64,000 bases of DNA from Fidelibacterota bacterium (GTDB lineage Bacteria; Fidelibacterota; Marinisomatia; Marinisomatales; JABMOV01): assembly GCA_046861395.1 (NCBI GenBank), contig JBHHUC010000003.1:6381-70380 (forward strand), written 5' to 3'. The notes beneath the pieces are model-generated. The model ran no database searches. It saw nothing but the letters and a program-made list of their open reading frames with translations, and was not told where the DNA came from. Both the position numbers and the translations under genes were made by a program. This document shows, piece by piece, positions 56,447 through 64,000 of the stretch. Position 1 is the stretch's first letter; every line of letters starts with the position of its first letter.

Positions 56447-57466
56447 TTATAATGTGATCTGATAAGATAATTGATGGATATTATTAAAGACGCCGAAAGG
56501 CGTAAAGGCATAGTCGATGGAAATTCCCCGCTCCTTGCGGTTCAGTTGGATTCCAACGCCATAGGTCAATGAGCGTTCATCATAATTCCCGTAATACCCG
56601 GCCCGCAGGAATAAGACCGAAAGGGGATTGTATTCCATGCCAATATTCAAACGTTCGGCATAGGACCGGGGATGTAGTGCGTCAATCGACAGCATAAAGC
56701 GAGCATCAGGATTGAGTGGGGTTTTTAACAGAGATAAGAATGAAAACTGGGCCAGATCAACGGAGCCGCCCAAGGCAAATGTCAGGGGCAACTGAAATCC
56801 TTCATTCTGATATTTGATTTCCTGCGAGAAATTCCTGACGGTCATACCGAAGGAAAAATCTTTCCAGCCCGTTTCATAGATGGTCCCGAAATCATAGGCC
56901 ATAGTGGAAACCCAGTTCTTAATGGTTGTATTGGTGGAATCCGTTTCTGGGATGACACTACGTCCTAGATACTGGTAGGTTGATTTCACGTGACCACCGA
57001 CAGAAAATTTATCGGATAACGCCTTGGCATACCCTATGCCGACAGCCAAGGCCGTTGGTTGCATGATTTCGGTATCAATATAGCCGGCATCATTTTCCCA
57101 GACCATTGTTCCCTGAATCTTGCCATAGTCCACGGATTGCGCACTGAAGGCAAATACACCGTATTTCCCTTGTGCCGGGACAATACTGACACTGGCCGTT
57201 ATATAATTTATATCGGCAATGAATGAATTTTGGCTGAAGTTCGCTGACAGAAAATTCTTTGTTCGTGCCATCCCGGCCGGATTAAAGAATACCGAATTGG
57301 AATACCCCTTCATCGTGGTCATTGCCTCCGCCATGGCGGTAGCACGGGCATCAGAGGCGACACTCAAGAACTGAAACCCAGTTTGAGCCAGCTTTATGTC
57401 CCCGGATATGGCCAGCGTAGATAATAAACTCATTGCAGCGATTGTTTTTATGAATGATGCCTTCAT
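56447..57466 (-). CDS. PorV/PorQ-family (FadL-like) outer-membrane beta-barrel protein
   Basis: 339 aa with a signal peptide. LAQTGFQFLSVASDARATAMAEAMTTMKGYSNSVFFNPAGMA parallels the motif in 30228..31271. Beta-barrel-like alternation. Confidence 0.65.
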   Translation of the reverse strand: MKASFIKTIAAMSLLSTLAISGDIKLAQTGFQFLSVASDARATAMAEAMTTMKGYSNSVFFNPAGMARTKNFLSANFSQNSFIADINYITASVSIVPAQGKYGVFAFSAQSVDYGKIQGTMVWENDAGYIDTEIMQPTALAVGIGYAKALSDKFSVGGHVKSTYQYLGRSVIPETDSTNTTIKNWVSTMAYDFGTIYETGWKDFSFGMTVRNFSQEIKYQNEGFQLPLTFALGGSVDLAQFSFLSLLKTPLNPDARFMLSIDALHPRSYAERLNIGMEYNPLSVLFLRAGYYGNYDERSLTYGVGIQLNRKERGISIDYAFTPFGVFNNIHQLSYQITL

Positions 57467-57469
57467 CGC

Positions 57470-57991
57470 TTATTCCTTATTTAACACGATCATTTTAAAC
57501 CCGCGTCCTTCCTCCATTGCCAACCGAACCAAGAATTGTCCGGCTGTCAATACATATTCCTTCCGCCCGACAATTTCATTGCAGGCAGCAATTGTTTCCA
57601 GGTCCAACGTAACCGGTTCATATTGCTGTTCTGTACCGGATGCATCATACACCGTTACATTGACGTTCAGATTAGTATAGAGAATAACTGTTCCATTGCT
57701 TTCCTGGGATAGGACTACAAAGGTTGTATCATCCGTTTTACCGATCTTCCACAAAGAATCCGGATTAACCGTCACGACGGCCCCCAGAGATAACAGAGAA
57801 TCAATTTTCCCGGATGCATCAGCTACTGAATCCGGAATCCAATGAGATGAAACCTGATTAAATAATGTATCTGTCTCAAATATCTGACAGGCCTGTTCAT
57901 CAATGGCGTTAATGGTAAATGTTTCATCGGAATAATTATCACAGCCCAACCACAACAAACTCATTGCGGCAAATGAAATCAATTTATTCAT
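57470..57991 (-). CDS. small lipoprotein of unknown function
   Basis: Lipobox LLWLGC. The ATG at 57991 follows GAGGGAAG. The longest ORF starts at 58006, where it overlaps the stop of the upstream gene in an ATGA. No family recognised. Confidence 0.5.
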   Translation of the reverse strand: MNKLISFAAMSLLWLGCDNYSDETFTINAIDEQACQIFETDTLFNQVSSHWIPDSVADASGKIDSLLSLGAVVTVNPDSLWKIGKTDDTTFVVLSQESNGTVILYTNLNVNVTVYDASGTEQQYEPVTLDLETIAACNEIVGRKEYVLTAGQFLVRLAMEEGRGFKMIVLNKE

Positions 57992-58002
57992 GGTTTCTTC
58001 CC

Positions 58003-60048
58003 TCATCGGATAATGATGAATTTCTTTATGATGGATTCTCCCGCTTTCACTGATATCCCCGTTTTCCAGTCGATATAATCATCCAATACCTCAAAATGAG
58101 CAATATACATGCCGCTGACAACGACCTGCCGGGAACTGGTAATGGAATTCCAGACTTCATCACCACTGCCATCCAAGTGGTCGATGGAATAAATCAAATC
58201 ACCACGTTCGGTAAAAATACGGATTTTGCAGGTCGGTGGAATATCCAGGAACATGATCCGGTCGGAACCGGCATCGGTGCCATATTGAAGCTCCCGCGCC
58301 CGGATATTATAGGGATTCGGCACAACCCTAATTCGATCCAGTGTTCCGGGCTGCCTTTTCAGAAAGGCCGGTTGATTGGTCCGGGTATAAAATAAACTGC
58401 TCTCCATGGGAACTCCGGGATGGATATCATTCGTGGAACCGTCATCAACGGTCGTGATGTAGTAGAAATAATCGAATCCACGAATGGCGGAATGATCTTC
58501 ATAGCGCGTTTCCCCCACCGGCAGCTCCGCTAGCAACGTGTAGGTCGTATCAAAAACCTGAACGGCCCGGTAAATCCTGTATCCCGTAAGATTGGGCCAG
58601 GATTCCGCCGTATTGGACCATTCCAGGATGATCCTGTCTCCGCCCGATGTTACCGTAAACTGGTCCGGGGGCGGTGGTTCATGGGGAATGGACAAACCAT
58701 TATCCCAGGTATTCTGTGCGCGGGTAAAAGCCTGGAACAGGGAATCCTTCCCTGACATGACCAGCGTATTCTTTTGATCATTACTTACAACACCCGACAA
58801 CCAATCGGCACCGATTTCAATGGCATGTTTCCGTGACAGACCGGCAACTGCTTCCACGGTAACAACTGTCAGACTATCGCCCGGTGCCATGGTATAGGGA
58901 CCGTACCCCCGGCCAATGGAATATCCGCCACCGGTTTGGCCGTATTGATCAGCAAACCCGGTTCCCACTTCTTCGGCATGGCTGGCTGCCGGATGACCAC
59001 TGCTCATGAGGGCATATTCATCAGACATTTTTGCAGCATTGAAATGGTCGTTGCCGGAATTGTAGGGACCATCCGAATCGGGAAACGGTGTAGATGTGGG
59101 TTGCATGGGGTCATTGGAATGATCATCCGGTGATTTATCAGCATGGATTGTCATTACTCCGGCAAATTGCGCCGCTCCCAGACGACCGTTACCGTTAAAG
59201 TACGGAGCACCGATATTGTCCCCCGGTCCACCAAAACCGGAGTGTAAACCATGCCAGGCATAGGAGACCCGGAAAGGATTATCGGGATCACCGGCGGAAT
59301 AGTTGCCATATTCGCCCAGAACTTCATTCATCGTATTACGTCCCCAGGTGGCATTTTGCGGCATCCAGAAATATCCGTAAGAACATGCTTCCTTTGTCAT
59401 GGCATAGCGTTCCTGCCAAAACATGTACACATCGTTCAATGTGACGGATTGCTTATTTCCATTTACATCGTAAATCCCCGTATTCTTAAACGTATAGGTT
59501 ACAATATAGTAATTATCATGATTCGGTTGACTGTAACCGTAGATCTTACGCGTCACCGTGATCCCCAGGCTGGTATTGGTCGAATTAATGATTAAACGGT
59601 CACTGGGAATTGTTTCATCCACTTCATCCACCAGATCGGTAAAGTCCAGCTCCGAGGCTGGCAAACCATCCACCAGCACGACCGGACGGGGATAACGGGC
59701 AATCAGTCGAAAATCCGTCGGCATGAATTCCGCCAGTTCATTCATCACCCGGGGGCCGACATGGACGACTTTCGCCGGGTAAGTTTGTCCCGTAATGGGA
59801 TCGGCATAATTCGTGGCACCGATCCAGAATGCCTTGGCTGCTTTTACATCCTGATAACGGAATTGAGCCGGCCACTGCAGGCCATCCTGCTGGTCGGGAA
59901 TCAGATGGCGACGGCCGACTTCAATTTCACAGCCACCGCTACTGAACCAATCATGAAGCTGACCAACCGATATCCATCGAACCTCGTCGCCCCATCCGGA
60001 GGATGAGACAAGCAATACAACGATGATCCATGATAATGTTTTACGCAT
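58003..60048 (-). CDS. secreted TBDR-partner protein (uncharacterised family) with FN3-like segment and divergent T9SS-like C-terminal domain
   Basis: 681 aa with a signal peptide. Paralogue of 49956..52088 (HDNYYIVTYTFKNTG; GGDRIILEW...GYRIYRA; RVVPNPY...CKIRIFTERGDLIYSIDHLDGSGDEVWNS...SGMYIAHFEV...KKFIIIR). Begins 12 nt after the TBDR stop. Confidence 0.6.
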   Translation of the reverse strand: MRKTLSWIIVVLLVSSSGWGDEVRWISVGQLHDWFSSGGCEIEVGRRHLIPDQQDGLQWPAQFRYQDVKAAKAFWIGATNYADPITGQTYPAKVVHVGPRVMNELAEFMPTDFRLIARYPRPVVLVDGLPASELDFTDLVDEVDETIPSDRLIINSTNTSLGITVTRKIYGYSQPNHDNYYIVTYTFKNTGIYDVNGNKQSVTLNDVYMFWQERYAMTKEACSYGYFWMPQNATWGRNTMNEVLGEYGNYSAGDPDNPFRVSYAWHGLHSGFGGPGDNIGAPYFNGNGRLGAAQFAGVMTIHADKSPDDHSNDPMQPTSTPFPDSDGPYNSGNDHFNAAKMSDEYALMSSGHPAASHAEEVGTGFADQYGQTGGGYSIGRGYGPYTMAPGDSLTVVTVEAVAGLSRKHAIEIGADWLSGVVSNDQKNTLVMSGKDSLFQAFTRAQNTWDNGLSIPHEPPPPDQFTVTSGGDRIILEWSNTAESWPNLTGYRIYRAVQVFDTTYTLLAELPVGETRYEDHSAIRGFDYFYYITTVDDGSTNDIHPGVPMESSLFYTRTNQPAFLKRQPGTLDRIRVVPNPYNIRARELQYGTDAGSDRIMFLDIPPTCKIRIFTERGDLIYSIDHLDGSGDEVWNSITSSRQVVVSGMYIAHFEVLDDYIDWKTGISVKAGESIIKKFIIIR

Positions 60049-60060
60049 ACAAAACCTTCT

Positions 60061-63000
60061 TTAGAAGTTGTAAGTGATATTGAGACCAAAGAATACGTCC
60101 CGGGGGTTCAGGAAAGTAAAATAGGTCTGATTGGGCATATCGATATACGCCTTGTCATCCAGGACCCGTTTCAGGAATGATGTTTCCGTCTCCTGCCAGC
60201 CGGCTCCAGTATATTGATAATATATTTCATCCGCCTGGTTGAAATAAATGGCCCGTGTGTTTGGATTCTGCACATTCGTGAGAGAAACCACCGATTCAAT
60301 GGGAACAAATTCAACACCATCCCGACGATAATCTCCCGGCTGATCGTTACCGGGAATATTTCCATACAGCAGCTTTTCCCCTACACTCTTGGGCAAGTGT
60401 AAAGATTGCATATAATCATCAAAATCATAACCATCGGCAAACGATTCACCAGAAAACCGCTTGAGATTCAATACATTGAATATATCGGCAAAGACTTTGA
60501 CGGAAAATTGCTTGAAGGCAAAAATCTTTGACACTTTTAAGTCGAAATTATAATAATCTTTCCACTGTACATTAAACTGAATACCCCGTATCCGGTTGGG
60601 ATTATACGTGAACCAGGATCCGCTGGTCCAACGCCCAATAATATTAAAGTGCCATCCGCCCAGAGGATAGACCGTACCCAATGCAGGACCAAATTTCTTG
60701 GGTGAAAATATATCCACATATCCCTTGGCCCGCGGTGTCGGCAATGGTTTGGACTGATAGCGGTTTGTCTTTTCATATTCCGTTTGTTCGGCCGGATTCT
60801 GGAATTGTTTACCAATATCAAAATAGCCGGAAGTGGAAACACGGTATTCATAATTCACCATTCCAGTATACCAGTTTCCAAAGCGTTTGGACATTTCGAT
60901 TTCAAAACCGCGAATGTCTTCATACAGGTTATTGGTCATGATATAGGAATTAATCTTACCGTCCGAACTGATAATCTGTGTCCAATCCTGTTCATTGGTT
61001 ACGTCCTTATAATAGGCCGAAATACGCAGTAAATACATGTTTGCGATGGCACGGTCAAAACCCAATTCATAGGAAATCGTATTGGCCGGATCAATACTGG
61101 GATCTCCCAGGTACCGAATGGCACCCACACTATTCCTTTGTATTCTGTACAATGCTTCGGCCGTTGCCGATTGGTTATAATGACCGTAATTAAAATAGAG
61201 TTTTGATACATCAGTAATGGGATGGGAAAAGGCCAGCCGCGGATTGAGCACTTTAACAGCCTTAGCATTTTTCGCGAATTTTGAGTCCCAGATTCCATCT
61301 TGGTCGTAATAAAAGAAATCCTTATCAAAGGTATCAAAGGAAAACCACTTTCCATTGGGATCGTAATATTCTCCGCTCAGCCCCAGAATGGCAACCAGAC
61401 CCTTGAATTCTATTTTATCCTGGATGTATGCATTAAAGCGATAGGGGTTAGTACTGAATTCAGCCCAAGTATTTCCTTCCGGCAAGACTTTATTAATGGA
61501 ACCGAACTGCATATTTATATCATAGGAAATATATTCAAACCCGGTCTTCAGCTGATGATTGGTGGAATATTGCGTAGTATAGTTTCCCGATAAAGAGAAG
61601 GAAGATACTACGGTAGAATCCCGGGCCGTTGAAATGGGGCCGCCAAGCGTGAGGCCACCATCCACGCTGGACATGAATTCATCCATGAAACCAAAGGGTT
61701 GTTCATCCACCTGATACCCAGGGAATATTTCAAAAAGTTTTTCTGTGTTTCTACGTCGTCCAGGACCTGTCAGATAACGATTCTCGGTGGTCTGCCACCG
61801 TAATTCATAAAACGTAGTCGGTGATAATACGTGGGAAAAAGACAGGGAGTACGTCCGGTTTTCCCGTGTTGTTTCAGAAAAATAATCATTGGTGAAAATA
61901 CGCCAGGGGATGGTAAATCCGGTTCGGTCCACAATACCGGCTACACCGGCCACAGAATAGAAATACGATGTGCCGCCCGCCCGGGAAGCATTGGTGGCTG
62001 TCATACCATTCCATAAAGTGGAAGCTGACAATTTCATATTTTTTGCTAAATCAGAAGTTATCTTCAGCACATTGCCATAGGTATTTCTACCATCCGTTGC
62101 CAGGGGGAATAAATACATGTTCTGTTCTTCTATCCGCGAATAATAAAATCGTAGATTTCCCAACTTTTCGCTGATAAAGGGAACGGGGCCACCAAAACCC
62201 AGATCAATGGTATAATCAGGATCACGGATCACACCGTCTTTTCGATGCTGCCATTCGAACAAACGCTTTGCCGCCGTTGGTGTCAGATCATTGCTTGGAT
62301 CATCATCGCTCAATGTTGCTGCCGCTATAGCAACCCACCCGTCAAAAGGTGCATACTGTCGCCGGTCATATTCATCCCACGGACCGTTTTCCGTACCGTA
62401 CCAGGCCGTGCTGTCCCATAAAAACGGCTTCAACCAGTAAGATTCGGACTGAAAAACAGGATCACCGAAATGTTTGGCCGCCGGGGGGCTGTACTTGGTA
62501 GTAATCGTGGCCGAATATTTCTGGGGATCGCCTTCTTTCGAAACCACATTGATGATTCCGCCACGTACATTATTGTATTCTGCATTAAATCCGCCGGTTT
62601 GGACCGAAACCTCCTGGATGGAACTGAGGGGTATGCCGGTAATAGGCGCATCATTGCGACTATCCCGTAAAGTGACACCATCAATCATCAGCATGGTCTG
62701 GTCTGATCCGCTGCCCCGAATACCCAGAGTGGATGTAATGCCGGCCTTCAATCCCACGATTTCCCCTAACGTAGTAACGGGCAATGATTCAATTTCATCA
62801 TTGGTAACACTCAATTGGCTGGCGGCAACATCTGCTTTGACCACCTTGTGTTCGGCAATGACTTCAACACTTTCGCCCTCCAGGACTTCCACAGGGAGAA
62901 CGACATCAACAATGGTCGTCAAATCTATTTCAACCCTTACTTGCCGAACCGTGGTTTTCTTGAATCCAATCATGGAAACAACCAAATCATATTCGCCGGG

Positions 63001-63222
63001 AGGAACATTCAGGATTGTATAATGGCCATCCACATCTGATGATGTTCCTAGATAGGTGCCGGAAATCAGAATATTGGCTCCCGCTAATAGAGCACCATCG
63101 GCCTCAGCCGTTACGGTACCAGTGATTTTCCCTGTTGTCCCGGCAAATAGAATATTTACAAAAAGAAGTGATAAAAGCAGGGGAAGAATGTGTTGTTGTA
63201 GTTTTCTCATCACCAAATCCAT
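60061..63222 (-). CDS. TonB-dependent receptor with N-terminal carboxypeptidase-regulatory-like domain
   Basis: 1053 aa. GKITGTVTAEADGALLAGANILIS...GHYTILNVPPGEYDLVVSMIGF. Plug motifs GIRGSGSDQTMLMIDGVTL and TGGFNAEYNNVRGGIINVV. Barrel ends ...NITYNF. Confidence 0.85.
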   Translation of the reverse strand: MDLVMRKLQQHILPLLLSLLFVNILFAGTTGKITGTVTAEADGALLAGANILISGTYLGTSSDVDGHYTILNVPPGEYDLVVSMIGFKKTTVRQVRVEIDLTTIVDVVLPVEVLEGESVEVIAEHKVVKADVAASQLSVTNDEIESLPVTTLGEIVGLKAGITSTLGIRGSGSDQTMLMIDGVTLRDSRNDAPITGIPLSSIQEVSVQTGGFNAEYNNVRGGIINVVSKEGDPQKYSATITTKYSPPAAKHFGDPVFQSESYWLKPFLWDSTAWYGTENGPWDEYDRRQYAPFDGWVAIAAATLSDDDPSNDLTPTAAKRLFEWQHRKDGVIRDPDYTIDLGFGGPVPFISEKLGNLRFYYSRIEEQNMYLFPLATDGRNTYGNVLKITSDLAKNMKLSASTLWNGMTATNASRAGGTSYFYSVAGVAGIVDRTGFTIPWRIFTNDYFSETTRENRTYSLSFSHVLSPTTFYELRWQTTENRYLTGPGRRRNTEKLFEIFPGYQVDEQPFGFMDEFMSSVDGGLTLGGPISTARDSTVVSSFSLSGNYTTQYSTNHQLKTGFEYISYDINMQFGSINKVLPEGNTWAEFSTNPYRFNAYIQDKIEFKGLVAILGLSGEYYDPNGKWFSFDTFDKDFFYYDQDGIWDSKFAKNAKAVKVLNPRLAFSHPITDVSKLYFNYGHYNQSATAEALYRIQRNSVGAIRYLGDPSIDPANTISYELGFDRAIANMYLLRISAYYKDVTNEQDWTQIISSDGKINSYIMTNNLYEDIRGFEIEMSKRFGNWYTGMVNYEYRVSTSGYFDIGKQFQNPAEQTEYEKTNRYQSKPLPTPRAKGYVDIFSPKKFGPALGTVYPLGGWHFNIIGRWTSGSWFTYNPNRIRGIQFNVQWKDYYNFDLKVSKIFAFKQFSVKVFADIFNVLNLKRFSGESFADGYDFDDYMQSLHLPKSVGEKLLYGNIPGNDQPGDYRRDGVEFVPIESVVSLTNVQNPNTRAIYFNQADEIYYQYTGAGWQETETSFLKRVLDDKAYIDMPNQTYFTFLNPRDVFFGLNITYNF

Positions 63223-63329
63223 TCGGTAAGTTTTCTTAATTGTAAAATAGTTAATAATCTTTCAGCAAATTCCATCCTTTGAAACTAAATACTTTGAATC
63301 ATTATCGCAAGCAATCTGCTCCCCCGTCA

Positions 63330-64000
63330 TTAATTAATTACAGGATTGGCTTTCCCCAGGGCGTATTTGACTCCCAGACCGGTAACCAACCCCACAATCA
63401 GCAGAAGGAATCCGGTCTCTGCCGAATGAAACAGAAAATGCCCGATAGCAAACAAAACGGCATAGACGCTGATAGTGGCAGAGAGCCAGCATATAGCCAG
63501 CCATCGGATAGAATGATTCGATTCACGGTGTCCACCTATAGCGCCCCACCAACCTCCCGGAGACACTCGTTGATAAAAGGATTCCAGTGTTGCAGAGTCG
63601 GTTGGTTTCGTGAAACAGGTTACGGCGACCCACCAGAAGGTCGACCAGCAAACAATGATAAACAGCGTATCGGGAAATTGAACATCACCGGGAAGGAAAG
63701 GATATAAAATCAGGGGAGCTACCATGGCAGTAATTTCACTCCAGGCATTGACGCGCCACCAGAACCAGCGCAAAATCAGCACCAGACCAATTCCGGCACT
63801 GCATTCCAGAATAAAGGTCCATGCATCGCTGATCCGGTCCATTTTTGTGGTGAGTACCAGGGAAATAATCATCAATACCAACGTGGTGATACGGGAAATA
63901 AACACCAATTGCCGTTCATCTTTCCCACGATGGAAGAATCGTTTGTAGAAATCGTTGACAATATAGGATGTCCCCCAGTTTAACTGCGTGGAAATGGTGG
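63330..64000 (-). CDS. sodium:solute symporter family transporter, C-terminal part (5' end outside window)
   Basis: The minus-strand frame is open to the window edge (...NWGTSYIVNDFYKRFFHRGKDERQLVFISRITTLVLMIISL...WWRVNAWSEI...). Hydrophobic helices and motifs are typical of the SSF C-terminal region. Confidence 0.7.
   Translation of the reverse strand, partial: TISTQLNWGTSYIVNDFYKRFFHRGKDERQLVFISRITTLVLMIISLVLTTKMDRISDAWTFILECSAGIGLVLILRWFWWRVNAWSEITAMVAPLILYPFLPGDVQFPDTLFIIVCWSTFWWVAVTCFTKPTDSATLESFYQRVSPGGWWGAIGGHRESNHSIRWLAICWLSATISVYAVLFAIGHFLFHSAETGFLLLIVGLVTGLGVKYALGKANPVIN

Noticed and set aside
26685-63222. Accessory region as a mobile genomic island
   Set aside because: I recognised no integrase, transposase, tRNA target, flanking direct repeats or phage/conjugation genes. 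The gene content is metabolic and surface-related, and the region is contiguous with housekeeping operons.
63279-63707. 142-aa plus-strand ORF at the 3' end of the symporter
   Set aside because: It lies entirely within the minus-strand SSF transporter, which has a coherent transmembrane-helix pattern. The plus-strand product is Arg/Gln/Pro-rich noise.

Overview
Densely coding 64-kb window with about 47 CDS and no intergenic gap over ~180 bp. I recognised no rRNA, tRNA, CRISPR array, transposase or integrase. All family calls come from motif recognition by eye on the supplied translations; no database search was run. The organism is a diderm bacterium that uses a type IX secretion system (T9SS): at least five proteins end in the canonical 'NYPNPFNP...(L/V)(L/V)K' C-terminal sorting domain (CTD). 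This fits an uncultured FCB-group lineage (Marinimicrobia-, Fibrobacterota- or Calditrichota-like), but that is a low-confidence inference. Layout: (i) 1-12.6 kb holds plus-strand housekeeping genes: carbamate kinase, sucCD, ndk, a SPOR protein, a membrane protein with an acidic tail, and the classic yceD-rpmF-plsX-fabH-fabD-fabG-acpP-fabF-rnc cluster. (ii) 12.6-16.6 kb is a minus-strand operon: phosphomannomutase, polyprenyl synthase, PGI/PMI and a bifunctional nuclease. (iii) 16.7-22.3 kb is a cell-wall operon: hypothetical protein, M23 peptidase with T9SS CTD, PBP4/DacB and LD-carboxypeptidase. (iv) 22.3-26.7 kb holds ADP-forming acetyl-CoA synthetase with an orphan Pta-N-terminal-like (DRTGG) protein, then SpmA/SpmB-like membrane proteins. 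(v) 26.7-63.2 kb is the accessory part. It carries three modules of TonB-dependent receptor (TBDR) plus a conserved, uncharacterised, non-lipoprotein partner with a divergent T9SS-like tail. Two of the modules also carry a PorV/PorQ-like outer-membrane barrel. Interleaved are T9SS-tagged putative hydrolases (Amidase_3, GHL10), several secreted beta-propeller proteins, and anmK plus a NagB-LmbE fusion. (vi) The 3' end of a sodium:solute symporter runs off the window. Most notable observations: the SusD-less TBDR/partner/PorV-like architecture, possibly a peptidoglycan or amino-sugar scavenging locus; a 100% identical 963-bp in-frame tandem duplication inside one gene; and a frameshift splitting a GHL10-Ig-CTD gene.
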